Origin: an uncultured Bacilli bacterium
GTDB lineage: Bacteria > Bacillota_I > Bacilli_A > RF39 > UBA660
Direction: 5' to 3'
NCBI GenBank assembly: GCA_934122395.1
Contig: CAKOWQ010000002.1
Span: 2,595 to 66,594, forward strand
Length of the DNA: 64,000 nucleotides
Position numbers and translations under genes: made by a program. This document shows, one piece after another, positions 26,748 to 37,084 of this stretch. How positions within the stretch are numbered: the first letter of the stretch is position 1; every line of letters begins with the position of its first letter. The notes under the pieces are model-generated. The model worked only from the letters and a program-made list of their open reading frames with translations. It did no database searches and had not been told where the DNA came from.

Positions 26748-27389
26748 TTAAAGATTTTCTTTAACCAATTCCTTTGTACGGTAGAAGGTTTTGGTACTAA
26801 TACTTACATTATTTAAATCAATTTCTTCTATTGATTTAATATTTTTATTTTCATTTTTATTATAAAGTGAAATAAATTCTTTCATTACTACATATTGATC
26901 TAGTACATTTTTCCCATTCTTTTGATAGTTATATAACTTAGCCGTTTCAGCTTCTAAAGAATTTCCTATTTTCTCTTGCCAAGATGATACTTTATATACT
27001 TTATAAAAACTACTTGAAGCTAGTTGTGAATCAATTAAGTAATCACCACATCTAAGTGTTACATATCTTTCTGCGTCAGTTACAGTAACAACTTTTGACT
27101 CATATAAATTACACTCTCCACCACCTCTAAATGGGTTTCTAAATGCTTTTATATAATTATCATTAACTATGTCCTCTAAATAGATTACTTTTTCATATTT
27201 TACTTTTTCATTACGATAAGTAGCAACGTTAGTAGCAAAGTCTCTTGCATTTTGAGCAAAAACTTCATACTTACGTTTTCCACTATCCTTAAATGCAATA
27301 TATGCAATAAAAGCCACGATAACAGCAATAAAAGCTATAATAGTCAATAATTCAATTAATACTAATCCACGATTATCTTTCATTTTCAT
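26748..27389 (-). CDS. Prepilin-like protein (type IV pilin/pseudopilin N-terminal domain), orphan.
   Basis: 'MKMKDNRG|LVLIELLTIIAFIAVIVAF': class-III signal with Gly at -1 and Glu at +5, followed by a hydrophobic helix. 213 aa. No pilus assembly genes in the window. Confidence 0.5.
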   Translation of the reverse strand: MKMKDNRGLVLIELLTIIAFIAVIVAFIAYIAFKDSGKRKYEVFAQNARDFATNVATYRNEKVKYEKVIYLEDIVNDNYIKAFRNPFRGGGECNLYESKVVTVTDAERYVTLRCGDYLIDSQLASSSFYKVYKVSSWQEKIGNSLEAETAKLYNYQKNGKNVLDQYVVMKEFISLYNKNENKNIKSIEEIDLNNVSISTKTFYRTKELVKENL

Positions 27390-29091
27390 AAGAATGCATC
27401 AACCTTACCTTAATTCCAGGATCATATGTGTCTAATGTATTGAAAGACACTTCTAAAGCCTTTTTATAATTACCTTTATAGAACAACATTTCTGCTCTTG
27501 ATAGTCCCTTATCTATTTCATTATTATCTTTTCTAAAGCGATTACCATATATAATTGCGTCTTCAACTAATCTTGCTGTTTTAATCATTTCATTAGTAGT
27601 ATTGTATAATTTTAAAACTAAATCTCTTGCTGTATCTACCCTAGTATTAAGTGTTTTAATAGAAATAGGTTTTTTTTCTAATTCTTTTATTATTTCTAGT
27701 ATTGCTTCATTGGCCTCTGATAGTTGTACAAAATACTCATTACCAATAATAGGTAATTTATACCCTCTTATTCTAATCTTAGATTGATTTAATAATTCTT
27801 GAATTTCATCTAGTTGTTCACGAGCTCTTACTTCATCTTCATACATATTGCCAAGTGATTTTAATGACATATCTAAATCATCGTCAACTTTTGATAAATT
27901 TAAAGTAAGATTTTCAAGGATCTTCAAGATCTTAGAATAAGATATTTCTTTTTTGTTTAAATCGATCAATGCCTTTTTATATTCTTCGTTAATATCTTCT
28001 AAACGCTTATTAACTTCATCGATAACCTTAATATCTTCATCAGTTAAATCATACATACTTTTAATTTCATCTAACTGACCATAAATATCTGTTACTATTT
28101 TATTTACTTTTTCTAGTTTTTTGTTAAATAAATTTGATTCTTCTTCGTATTCTTTTTTTGCTGTTTTTTCTTTTTCAAATTCATTAAATAATGAATCTAA
28201 ATATTCCAACATTGTACGTAGTTCAAACATACAATCTTCTAAATTTAATACTTTTATTCTATCAACTATAGAATTGACATTTTTCAATGATTCTTCAACA
28301 TTATATTCTATATTCATATATCCGATTGGATAGTCTTTAGCAACCATATCTTGATATGTTTCTGTAATTTGTTCAATGCGCTTTGGTATTAATTTTTCTG
28401 CTAGCAAAACTAAATCTGGGACTTCTGATACTACTATTGACATATGATCAACCATATTATCTATAGCTTTTACAATATGAACAACTTCACCATATTCATT
28501 TTTTTCCATGTATTCTTCAAAGTCTTGAAATCTTTTTTCAATATTCTCGAATTGTAATTCAATGATTTCAGCGATGTCCTCATAGTCATCTTTATTGTTT
28601 TCAAAAGTACTGCTAAGTTCACGATATTTACTTTTTAATTTTGTTATGATACTACGATACTTTTCTTCACTAGAATTAATTTCCTTTATTTCATCAAGTA
28701 AAGTATTCATCATTGTTCTAGCTTTATAAACCTCTATTTCTACATCTGCTAATTTGGCTTGATATGCTTTATAGTTTTTATTATCCCAAAAAATATCTAA
28801 ATCTATGATCATATCAGTAATATGCGCTAGTTGATTTGCTTTAATACTTTCAAATCTCTCCTGCCACTGTTTATATTTTTCTTCCATCTTATCATTTTTT
28901 ATAATTGTTTCGACTTTGGCAAGTTCAAGTAATATTGGTGTTGACTCTATAATATTTTTTTCTTTTTCTAATTCTTCAATAGTGTTTTGGAAGTTTTTGC
29001 TACGTCTTTTTTTTGTTGCAAATAAAACTACCACTACAAGAAGAATAGCAACTACTACATATGTTGCAATTATAAGAATTGTGCCATTCAT
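27373..29091 (-). CDS. ezrA: Septation ring formation regulator EzrA.
   Basis: N-terminal TM, approximately 570-aa coiled-coil protein. C-terminal 'IIYGNRFR' patch like the EzrA QNR motif. Confidence 0.7.
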   Translation of the reverse strand: MNGTILIIATYVVVAILLVVVVLFATKKRRSKNFQNTIEELEKEKNIIESTPILLELAKVETIIKNDKMEEKYKQWQERFESIKANQLAHITDMIIDLDIFWDNKNYKAYQAKLADVEIEVYKARTMMNTLLDEIKEINSSEEKYRSIITKLKSKYRELSSTFENNKDDYEDIAEIIELQFENIEKRFQDFEEYMEKNEYGEVVHIVKAIDNMVDHMSIVVSEVPDLVLLAEKLIPKRIEQITETYQDMVAKDYPIGYMNIEYNVEESLKNVNSIVDRIKVLNLEDCMFELRTMLEYLDSLFNEFEKEKTAKKEYEEESNLFNKKLEKVNKIVTDIYGQLDEIKSMYDLTDEDIKVIDEVNKRLEDINEEYKKALIDLNKKEISYSKILKILENLTLNLSKVDDDLDMSLKSLGNMYEDEVRAREQLDEIQELLNQSKIRIRGYKLPIIGNEYFVQLSEANEAILEIIKELEKKPISIKTLNTRVDTARDLVLKLYNTTNEMIKTARLVEDAIIYGNRFRKDNNEIDKGLSRAEMLFYKGNYKKALEVSFNTLDTYDPGIKVRLMHSYENER

Positions 29092-29116
29092 AATTTCACC
29101 TCTATTTTAAGATAAT

Positions 29117-29575
29117 TTATTTTATTAGATATACTACTGTTCCTAATACAACTAAGAAAGTTCCTACAACATAGAAAACTAATCCATCAAATTCATCTAC
29201 TACAAATGCTTCCTTTGTTTTTCTAGGATTATATTTTACAATTACTTCTTTACCAATAGGCATTAAATTAGTATCGTTTATAGAATCTATTATACGTACC
29301 TTTTTGCCTTTAACAGTAAATTCTACTATACCAGCAGTCGTGTTAATTCCTTCCTCAGCTAAAAACAAATGATCATCTTCATCATAATTAATAGCATCCA
29401 TACCAAATTCTTCATCATCAAACTTTACATGGCCGTCTTTAGAAATATGCTCTACAACACAACCTACCGCTGTTTTATATCCTTTAAATTCTTTATTCTT
29501 ATTTATATATATAACTGTTTTAATTATTCCTAATAGTAATGAGATACCACCAAAAATCCATAAAATTATACTCAT
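29117..29575 (-). CDS. Membrane protein (two TM segments flanking a soluble domain), unknown function.
   Basis: ORF track. N- and C-terminal hydrophobic segments. Confidence 0.4.
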   Translation of the reverse strand: MSIILWIFGGISLLLGIIKTVIYINKNKEFKGYKTAVGCVVEHISKDGHVKFDDEEFGMDAINYDEDDHLFLAEEGINTTAGIVEFTVKGKKVRIIDSINDTNLMPIGKEVIVKYNPRKTKEAFVVDEFDGLVFYVVGTFLVVLGTVVYLIK

Positions 29576-29665
29576 AAAGTTATCACACTACCCTTCTATA
29601 ATGATTATAGCAAAAAAAATCTATTTAGAGTAGTCTAAAATAATATTTTCTAAATAAAAAAAAGA

Positions 29666-29694
29666 TTGACTATTTGCATATATTTATATATAAT
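29666..29694 (+). promoter_or_regulatory. rpsD promoter TTGACT-17-TATAAT. The S4 leader follows, up to 29855.
   Basis: ttgactatttgcatatatttatatataat. Strong RBS AAAGGAGGG before the ATG at 29856. Confidence 0.5.
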
Positions 29695-29855
29695 TATTAA
29701 TGCATATTCAAGGAACAGCGCGTCTTTATATAACTAATGTGTTTATTAAGTTTATAAGTATCCTTGCTGTTAGGTGAAAGTATTAAAATAAACTCCCTAG
29801 TTATAGAAAAGATAAAGTCCTACGTTTATGTAAATAAATAAAGGAGGGTATAAAA

Positions 29856-30458
29856 ATGGCAAGATATACAGGGCCAAGTTACAAACAAGCTCGTCGTGTA
29901 GGTTTCTCTATTCTTGAAAACGGTAAAGATGTTGCTAGACGTCCATATGGACCAGGACAACACGGTGCTGATAGAAAAGGAAAACTTTCTAACTACGGTG
30001 TGCAATTAAAAGAAAAACAAAAAGTAAGATTCATGTATGGTTTAAATGAAAAACAATTCAGAAAAACTTTTAATGAAGCTGCTAAAATGAAAGGTGTTCA
30101 CGGTGAAGATTTCTTAAGATTACTAGAATCAAGACTTGATAACTTAGTATATCGTTTAGGATTTGCTTCTACAAGACGTGGAGCTAGACAATTAGTAAAC
30201 CATGGTCATATAACTGTTGATGGACAAAAAGTTGATATTCCATCATATAGAGTAAAACCAGGATCAGTAATTGCTGTTAAAGAAAATTCTAAAGATATGA
30301 AAGTAATTAAAGAATCTCTTGAAAAAGTAACTAATAGAGTTGAATTTGTAACATTTGATGAAGGTAAACTTTCTGGTACTTATGTAAGATATCCTGAAAG
30401 ACGTGAATTAAATGCTGATATTGATGAATCATTAATCGTTGAATTCTATAACAGATAG
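29856..30458 (+). CDS. rpsD: 30S ribosomal protein S4.
   Basis: '[16 protein letters not shown]... [27 protein letters not shown]'. Confidence 0.9.
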   Translation: MARYTGPSYKQARRVGFSILENGKDVARRPYGPGQHGADRKGKLSNYGVQLKEKQKVRFMYGLNEKQFRKTFNEAAKMKGVHGEDFLRLLESRLDNLVYRLGFASTRRGARQLVNHGHITVDGQKVDIPSYRVKPGSVIAVKENSKDMKVIKESLEKVTNRVEFVTFDEGKLSGTYVRYPERRELNADIDESLIVEFYNR

Positions 30459-30489
30459 AAAAAAGGAACTTAAAAATAAGTTCCTTTTT
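30459..30489. terminator. Bidirectional Rho-independent terminator between rpsD (+) and tyrS (-).
   Basis: AAAAAGGAACTTAAAAATAAGTTCCTTTTTT. Confidence 0.6.
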
Positions 30490-31721
30490 TATGCTATCTT
30501 AGCTAAATAATATTTTTTCTTACCTCTTCTTATAATAATAAATTTACCATCTATTGCCATATCTCTTGTTAAAATATTAGTCTCATCTTTAATTATTTCA
30601 TTGTTAACACTTATAGCACCATTATTTAAAAATTCGCGGGCTTCTCTTCTACTAGATGCAACTTTCTCATTTACTAGAACATCTATTATAGGTAGTTCTT
30701 CATTTAATTCAAAACTAGGAACACCTTTAAAGCCTATTTCTATTTCTTCGGCAGTAAGTTTTTTAATATCATCGCTAAATAAAGATTTACTGATTTTCTC
30801 AGCTTTCTCATATTCTTCTTTTCCATGTAAATCTGTGATTATTTCTTTTGCTAAAGCTTTTTGTGCTTCTCTTAGTTCCGGATTAGTCTTATGTTTTAAC
30901 TCTAGTTCTTCTATTTCTTCTTTTGATAAGAATGTAAACACTTTTAAGTAATGGATAACCATTTCATCATCAGTATTAATTAGATATTGATATAATTCAT
31001 AAGATGATGTTTTATTTTTATCTAACCATAAAGCATTCCCTTCACTTTTACCAAATTTATTCCCAAATTTGTCTAAGATAAGTGGCATAGTAAATCCATA
31101 TGCTGTCTTATCTATTTTTTTTCTTATTAAATCAATACCGGTAGTGATATTTCCCCATTGATCTGATCCTTCAACTTGAAGAACGCAGTTTTTTTCTTTA
31201 AATAAGTGTAGAAAATCGTTTCCTTGAATAAGTGTGTATGCAAACTCTGCAAAAGTTATTCCTGTATCTAGTCTTCTTCTAATGATATCCTTATCTAAAA
31301 TGTAATTAACATTTATATATTTACCAACATCTCTTAAGAAATCTAAGAAACTAAAATCTTTAGTCCAATCATAATTATTAACAACTTCTGCTTTACCATC
31401 AAATATGTGATCTACTTGTTTAGATATTCCTTCTAAATTCTTTAATACTGTCTCTTTACTAATTATTTCACGTTCAGCAGTAGGCCTAGGATCACCAATC
31501 AAACCCGTAGCTCCACCTACTAGAAGAATTGGATGATGTCCATACTTTGCTAGACGTTTCGCTGTTACTAATGAAGAATAATGTCCCAAGTGTAAGCTAT
31601 CTGCTGTTGGATCTGTACCCCAATAGAATGTTAATTGTTCTTCGTTCAATTTTTTTTCTAATTCAGGACTAGAAATATCTTTAATCAATCCTCTCCACAT
31701 TAAATCATCATATAATTTCAT
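30489..31721 (-). CDS. tyrS: Tyrosine--tRNA ligase.
   Basis: 'HLGHYSSL' (HIGH), 'KFGKS' (KMSKS), C-terminal S4-like domain. Confidence 0.9.
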   Translation of the reverse strand: MKLYDDLMWRGLIKDISSPELEKKLNEEQLTFYWGTDPTADSLHLGHYSSLVTAKRLAKYGHHPILLVGGATGLIGDPRPTAEREIISKETVLKNLEGISKQVDHIFDGKAEVVNNYDWTKDFSFLDFLRDVGKYINVNYILDKDIIRRRLDTGITFAEFAYTLIQGNDFLHLFKEKNCVLQVEGSDQWGNITTGIDLIRKKIDKTAYGFTMPLILDKFGNKFGKSEGNALWLDKNKTSSYELYQYLINTDDEMVIHYLKVFTFLSKEEIEELELKHKTNPELREAQKALAKEIITDLHGKEEYEKAEKISKSLFSDDIKKLTAEEIEIGFKGVPSFELNEELPIIDVLVNEKVASSRREAREFLNNGAISVNNEIIKDETNILTRDMAIDGKFIIIRRGKKKYYLAKIA

Positions 31722-31980
31722 TTTATCTCCTTCCCAATAAAAAAGCCCTTACACATCTGTATAAGGACGAAATTTCGCGGTACCACCTTAATTCATAGCA
31801 TTGCTATGCACTTAATACTATAAAGCGTAACCTATATGACTCCAGAATTGTATATTCATTTATTACAAATATTAGTTTTCACCACCCACTAATTCTCTAG
31901 TTAATTTGTAATAACTACTTGATTCTTTCTTCGCCATTTATATTTCATATTCTAACATAGAAAAAGAGTATATACAACTC
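31722..31980 (-). ncRNA. T-box riboswitch leader of tyrS.
   Basis: Minus-strand T-box 'AATTAAGGTGGTACCGCG' (plus-strand coordinates 31766-31783), followed by terminator 'CGTCCTTATACAGATGTGTAAGGGCTTTTTTATT' just before the tyrS RBS. Confidence 0.8.
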
Positions 31981-32415
31981 TTATTTTCCAGCTTTTTCTA
32001 ATTTATTTAATACTTCTTTTACTACTTCGATTGTTTTTTGTCTTACTTCTTCAGTTGCCTTTTGTAAAACAGGAGTACCTTTAGCAACAGCTAATTCTAC
32101 TAATTCTTCACTTTTTTTCTTTAAAGCTGCTCCTTTTTCTTTAGCAATTTTTAAAGCCTTTTCCTTATCAAGATCAGCTAATTCAGCTTTTATCTCTTCA
32201 ATTTTTAATTCGATTGATTCTCTTACTTCGTCAACATCAATTCCTTTTACTTTATTAGCTAATTCATCTAATTTTTCTTTAAGTTCACGTCGAGTTTCAC
32301 TACCTTTTTTAGGTGCGAATAAAATTCCTAATCCTGCTCCGATAGCTGCTCCTGCTAGAAACTTTCCAAAACCACTTTTCTTTTTGTCTTTACTCATATT
32401 CATCCATCTCCTCAT
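31981..32415 (-). CDS. YtxH-like general stress protein (DUF948-associated).
   Basis: 'KKSGFGKFLAGAAIGAGLGILFAPKKGSETRREL' characteristic YtxH N-terminus, followed by coiled coil. Confidence 0.6.
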   Translation of the reverse strand: MRRWMNMSKDKKKSGFGKFLAGAAIGAGLGILFAPKKGSETRRELKEKLDELANKVKGIDVDEVRESIELKIEEIKAELADLDKEKALKIAKEKGAALKKKSEELVELAVAKGTPVLQKATEEVRQKTIEVVKEVLNKLEKAGK

Positions 32416-32692
32416 TTTCTTCTTTTTTCTTTTTCCTTTTGTGGAAAAAGTGTGAAATCATTCCTGATACACCATCAATAACTCTATCTCCTACTACAGC
32501 AATAGTATTTGATAGGCCATCAACAATGTTAAAGAATCCATTTAATGATTTAGATTTTTGTTCTATATCATCTAATACAACGTTTGCTCTATCTATTGTT
32601 TGAATTAATTTTATACCTAATATTATTAATATTACAAGTAAAATAGAACCTAAAATATATAGTAATATTGGTAATACTTCATTTAATGTCAT
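32390..32692 (-). CDS. DUF948-type membrane protein (YtxG-like).
   Basis: N-terminal TM 'VLPILLYILGSILLVILIILGI', short coiled region, Lys/Glu-rich tail. Operon with the ytxH-like gene. Confidence 0.55.
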   Translation of the reverse strand: MTLNEVLPILLYILGSILLVILIILGIKLIQTIDRANVVLDDIEQKSKSLNGFFNIVDGLSNTIAVVGDRVIDGVSGMISHFFHKRKKKKEENEEMDEYE

Positions 32693-32694
32693 AA

Positions 32695-33591
32695 CTATTC
32701 CTCCTTATCTTCATACATTGATTCAATTAAGTCAAATAAATTATTTTCTAATGAAGCTGAATCATCATTTTCTTCTTTGGTTTCTTTATCTTCTTTGTCT
32801 TTCGTCTCTAGTTTTGTACTTCTTCTTCCTGTAGCTTTAGTAACACTATTATCTTTATAATCTACATTATATTCTAACCCTAAATCGTTGAAATATTCTT
32901 CAGCATCACCAACAGTAACTTTTTCTACTGCTGGAGACCCAATATTTAAATCATAGAAAGTATTTTCTTTTTCATCAATCTCTTCTTTAACATCTTCAAC
33001 TTTTTCTTCTTGCATTGATGCAGATATATCACTAGCTAAATCCCCATATGCTTTTTCTCTTACTAAATCAACATCCATTTTCTTAGAAGAACCAGTAGAT
33101 AATATTATTGGCTTTTTAGTAACTATTTCTTCTTTTTTATAATTCTTATCTAAGATACCATAAATAGGTGAAATAATAGGCGTTGGTTTAAATACCGTTT
33201 TCTCTTTTTTATCCTCCCTACCTTCGTATAAAGGAACTCTTTCATTTTCATAAATATATTTTGGAGGCTCTTCTTTTTTAGGTTCCTCTTTCACATGTTT
33301 AACTTCTTTAGGTGGTTCCTGAATTACTTTTTCTTCCTTAAAATCATCTTCCTCAAAAGTCATAGGGAATTTGAATTTGTTCTCAACTTTTGGTTCTACT
33401 ACTTCTTCTTCAGGCTTTTCTTCTTCAAATTGTTCAACGACTTTTTCTCTTTTAGGTTCTTTTTTTATCTCTGGTAAGTCAATCTTTTTTGCTACTGTTA
33501 CTTTTTCTTTTTTTGGTTTTTTTTCTTCTTCTTCAACCTCAACATATTCTTCTTCAAAAAATATGTTTTTTATCTTATCAAATACTCCCAT
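32695..33591 (-). CDS. Low-complexity Glu/Lys/Pro-rich protein, unknown function.
   Basis: ORF track. 'MGVFDKIKNIFFEEE...' with EEKKPKKEK-type repeats. Same operon as the ytxGH-like genes. Confidence 0.4.
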   Translation of the reverse strand: MGVFDKIKNIFFEEEYVEVEEEEKKPKKEKVTVAKKIDLPEIKKEPKREKVVEQFEEEKPEEEVVEPKVENKFKFPMTFEEDDFKEEKVIQEPPKEVKHVKEEPKKEEPPKYIYENERVPLYEGREDKKEKTVFKPTPIISPIYGILDKNYKKEEIVTKKPIILSTGSSKKMDVDLVREKAYGDLASDISASMQEEKVEDVKEEIDEKENTFYDLNIGSPAVEKVTVGDAEEYFNDLGLEYNVDYKDNSVTKATGRRSTKLETKDKEDKETKEENDDSASLENNLFDLIESMYEDKEE

Positions 33592-33604
33592 ATTGACACC
33601 TCAC

Positions 33605-34276
33605 TTATTCGTTCTTATCAGTTACTAAAATATCTGAATCTTTCTTTTTAGAATCATCTTCAATGTTACCTTTATAATCATAGTAATCTTTTTCATACTG
33701 CAAAAATTCATCTGAATCTCTATGTGGACCAAAAATATCGAAAATTGTTTCTTTATAGTCCAAAGCATTCTCACCAATTAATGTTTCTATTACTTTATCA
33801 TTAAATTGAACTGAAGATAAAATATAACCACTATTGATAATCGCTTTATTTAAATCTTTTTTTTCTACTAATGTTTCAATCTTAGCATAGTTATACATTA
33901 TTTCGATGAAATAAGTATCATCTTTTTCAGTTATTTCTAAATATCCCTTTTTATTGTTAAAATTAAGTTCTTTAGAATAATAGCTATCGCTAGCTGTAAA
34001 TTTTGTTTCTACTTTATTATAATAACCTATAACATCAACGAACAAATAATACACATCTTTGCCACTAACGATTTTGGCATTATAACCTTTTTTACCTACT
34101 AGTCTTAAGCCCCTAGGTAAATAATATTTATATCCATCAAAATAAGAATTAGATAAAGTTATTTTTTTTGTTAAAACACTTTCAACAATACTATCTATAT
34201 TATCATCTTGAATTGATTTTACGCTACATCCTGTTACTAGCACCATGAAGCAGAGTAAAAGAACAATCTTTTTCAT
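33605..34276 (-). CDS. Lipoprotein, unknown function.
   Basis: Lipobox 'LVTGC' after the signal 'MKKIVLLLCFMVLVTGCS'. Confidence 0.55.
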   Translation of the reverse strand: MKKIVLLLCFMVLVTGCSVKSIQDDNIDSIVESVLTKKITLSNSYFDGYKYYLPRGLRLVGKKGYNAKIVSGKDVYYLFVDVIGYYNKVETKFTASDSYYSKELNFNNKKGYLEITEKDDTYFIEIMYNYAKIETLVEKKDLNKAIINSGYILSSVQFNDKVIETLIGENALDYKETIFDIFGPHRDSDEFLQYEKDYYDYKGNIEDDSKKKDSDILVTDKNE

Positions 34277-34356
34277 AATTCACCTACTCTATATTAATTA
34301 TAACAAACATTTACTTTGTTTAATATAATTTTATCACGTTTTTTGTAAATTGGACA

Positions 34357-34992
34357 CTATTTTTTTGCGACCAAATAATAGATCGTATTATTATTTTTGA
34401 CAAATTTTTTCTCGTATTCACTCATGATAATATTTTCGTAATTACTGTTATGTAAGTCAAGAGATATATCTTCTATTTTGTAACCATTATCCACTAAACT
34501 TTTTATTGAAAATTCAAATAATTGCCTATTATCAGTTTTTTGATATATTACTCTATTGTTTTTAAATAATGCTTCATATCTACTTAAAAATTCTGGACTT
34601 GTTAATCTACGCCTTGCATGTCTATCTTTTGGCCAAGGATCAGAAAAATTTAAGTAAATTCTATCTACTTCTTTTGAAAAAATATCTTGAATATTTCTAG
34701 CATCCATTCTAACAAATCGTAAATTTTTAATATCTTCTGGTAGTTTTTCAATAGCTCTTACTATGACGCTGTCATATTTTTCAATACCTATAAAGTTGAT
34801 ATTAGGATATCTTTTAGCATTTTCAATTATAAAGTCGCCTTTCCCCATACCTATTTCTATGTACAGTGGATTATTATTACAAAACTCTTTATCCCAATTA
34901 CCTTTAAGTTTGTTAGGATTACTAATAAGAATTTTGCATTTACTAATTATTTCTTCTTTATTTTTTACATTTCTAAGTCGCATATCTTTCAC
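34357..34992 (-). CDS. trmB: tRNA (guanine46-N7)-methyltransferase.
   Basis: 'IEIGMGKGDFI', 'YLNFSDPWPKDRHARRRL', 'DLHNSNYENIIMSEYEKKF' match TrmB. Confidence 0.85.
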   Translation of the reverse strand: MKDMRLRNVKNKEEIISKCKILISNPNKLKGNWDKEFCNNNPLYIEIGMGKGDFIIENAKRYPNINFIGIEKYDSVIVRAIEKLPEDIKNLRFVRMDARNIQDIFSKEVDRIYLNFSDPWPKDRHARRRLTSPEFLSRYEALFKNNRVIYQKTDNRQLFEFSIKSLVDNGYKIEDISLDLHNSNYENIIMSEYEKKFVKNNNTIYYLVAKK

Positions 34993-35058
34993 CTATTTAA
35001 TTATAACATTATTATAAAAATATGCATATAATAATACGAAAGTAAAGGAGAGTTAATT

Positions 35059-35319
35059 ATGAATGAACAACCACCATTTGGATTTTTTCCAAACAATCCT
35101 GGGAATTTTTTCCCTAATCAGCCGAATCAACAATGCAACTGCTCAAATGAAATAAGAAATATCAACAATAAATTAAACAATCTAGAAAGACAAGTTAATA
35201 GATTAGAACGTCGTGTTAGAAAATTAGAATTATCTAACATCACACCATATGCTTCAGCTAATTCAATGAACCCTAATGACTTTTCATCATCTTATAATGA
35301 CAATAACTACATAATATAA
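35059..35319 (+). CDS. Small Pro/Asn-rich protein with a central coiled coil (86 aa), possibly spore-associated.
   Basis: RBS AAAGGAGAG 7 nt upstream. Shares the bidirectional terminator hairpin GTAAAACC...GGTTTTAC (35321-35356) with the convergent ytgP-like gene. Confidence 0.45.
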   Translation: MNEQPPFGFFPNNPGNFFPNQPNQQCNCSNEIRNINNKLNNLERQVNRLERRVRKLELSNITPYASANSMNPNDFSSSYNDNNYII

Positions 35320-35336
35320 AAAAGTAAAACCTATTA

Positions 35337-36983
35337 TTAAGGTTTTACTTTTTTGTGTAATTTCTTTTTAATAAGACCTAGCATGTCCTGATCAAATACT
35401 TCGTTAATAGTATTAGTCTTATAAGTAAACATAATATATATTGTAGCTCCTATTATTGCATACAAAGCAATTACAAAAATCGAAGCTATTCGGCCAGCTG
35501 TTAATGGAACAATAAAAGTCAAACATTTTAAGCCTAAAAGCATTAAGATTATGGCTAATAAAATTTTACCAAAAACTTTATATTGTTTGAAGAAATCTAT
35601 ATCATATTTTTTATAAAGGAAAGTAATTACCATTATTATTGAAACGGAGTTTCCTAGAATAGTTGCTGCTATTGCTCCATAATAAGGAGGCCACCCTAAA
35701 CTATTAAACAAGTATATAAATGGAACATCCATAGTGGCATTTATTAGCAAGCCTGTAAGTAGATTAGCAAATAACATTTTATATTCTTTTAGTGTTAATA
35801 ATATTGTCATTCCAAGTGAAACACCAACTGTTACAAATGCTATAAATATTGAAAATTTGAAAACTTGAGGGCCATATTTACTAGCACCATAGAACACTTG
35901 CCATACTGGTTTTGATAAGAAGCTTAATCCAACTACCATAGGTAATGTTATAAAACAAGTTATTTTATATGTTTTATTTATTTTCTTTTTGATATCCTGA
36001 TAATCTTTTTTTACTAAACTATATGTAATGTTAGGAATTATGCTTACTGCAAAGCCTGTTCCTACTGCTATAACTATCATATTTAATTTGTTACCCCATG
36101 TTGATATAACACTCATAATAGATTCTGCATCTGTAACTGCATAACCTAATCCATTTACTAAAGTACGTATTAATAGAAATGTATCAACAGAGTTATATAA
36201 TGATTTAAACACATCACCAAATACAAAAGGTACAGAATAACATAATATTTTAATTACTATTTCTTTAGTTGTTATAGTGCACTCTTTTTCTTTATCTAAG
36301 TCTGCTCTAAGTTGCTTTTTGTGTTTTAAAACTTGATTAACAAGATACAAATATGCACAAATAGAACCTGCAGTTGCACCAAATAGTGCTACTCCTACTG
36401 CTGTTGATAAGCTTAAATTAAAAACTCGTAATGTTAAATAGCTACCAACGATTATTATTACTACTCTTACTATTTGCTCTAAAACTTGACTAACTGAAGT
36501 AGGAGTCATATATTTATGTCCTTGTAAGTATCCCCTATAAACACTTAAAATAGGAACAACTAACACCGAAAAAGAAATAACTCTAATTACAAATACAATG
36601 TCTTCTAAAGTGTTACCACCTGTAATATCACCTATAATTAATTTTGCAACTCCAGGAGCAAATATAAATAATATTAAAAAGCACGCAATTCCTATCATGC
36701 TTAATAATCTTTTTGATATTTTAAACGCTTGTTCTTTTTCTTTATAATATCCTAGTGCATTATATTCACTAATTATTTTACTAACAGCAAGAGGAACACC
36801 TGCTGTTGATAAGCTTAAAAATATTGAATATATATTATAGGCATATCCATACAATGCTCCACCTTGTTCACCAATTATAGCGTAGAAAGGTATTACATAT
36901 ATAATGCCTAAAATTTTACTAATAACTATTCCCATCGAAGCTATAAAAGCTCCTTGCATGAATGTATTCTTTTTTAATTTCAT
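35337..36983 (-). CDS. MOP-superfamily polysaccharide/lipid-II flippase (YtgP/SpoVB/MurJ-like).
   Basis: 14-TM protein. N-terminus 'MQGAFIASMGIVISKILGIIYVIPFYAIIGEQGGALYGYAYNIY' typical of Wzx/MurJ-family PST proteins. Confidence 0.7.
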   Translation of the reverse strand: MKLKKNTFMQGAFIASMGIVISKILGIIYVIPFYAIIGEQGGALYGYAYNIYSIFLSLSTAGVPLAVSKIISEYNALGYYKEKEQAFKISKRLLSMIGIACFLILFIFAPGVAKLIIGDITGGNTLEDIVFVIRVISFSVLVVPILSVYRGYLQGHKYMTPTSVSQVLEQIVRVVIIIVGSYLTLRVFNLSLSTAVGVALFGATAGSICAYLYLVNQVLKHKKQLRADLDKEKECTITTKEIVIKILCYSVPFVFGDVFKSLYNSVDTFLLIRTLVNGLGYAVTDAESIMSVISTWGNKLNMIVIAVGTGFAVSIIPNITYSLVKKDYQDIKKKINKTYKITCFITLPMVVGLSFLSKPVWQVFYGASKYGPQVFKFSIFIAFVTVGVSLGMTILLTLKEYKMLFANLLTGLLINATMDVPFIYLFNSLGWPPYYGAIAATILGNSVSIIMVITFLYKKYDIDFFKQYKVFGKILLAIILMLLGLKCLTFIVPLTAGRIASIFVIALYAIIGATIYIMFTYKTNTINEVFDQDMLGLIKKKLHKKVKP

Positions 36984-37084
36984 TTAATCACATCTTTCTA
37001 TGTCTATAAATATAATAACACAAATTGTTTATTAATAAACAAAAGAACACAAAATTTCATGTTCTTTTTACACTATCAAGATAC

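Noticed and set aside
30601-30951. 116-aa plus-strand ORF.
   Set aside because: Antisense inside tyrS.
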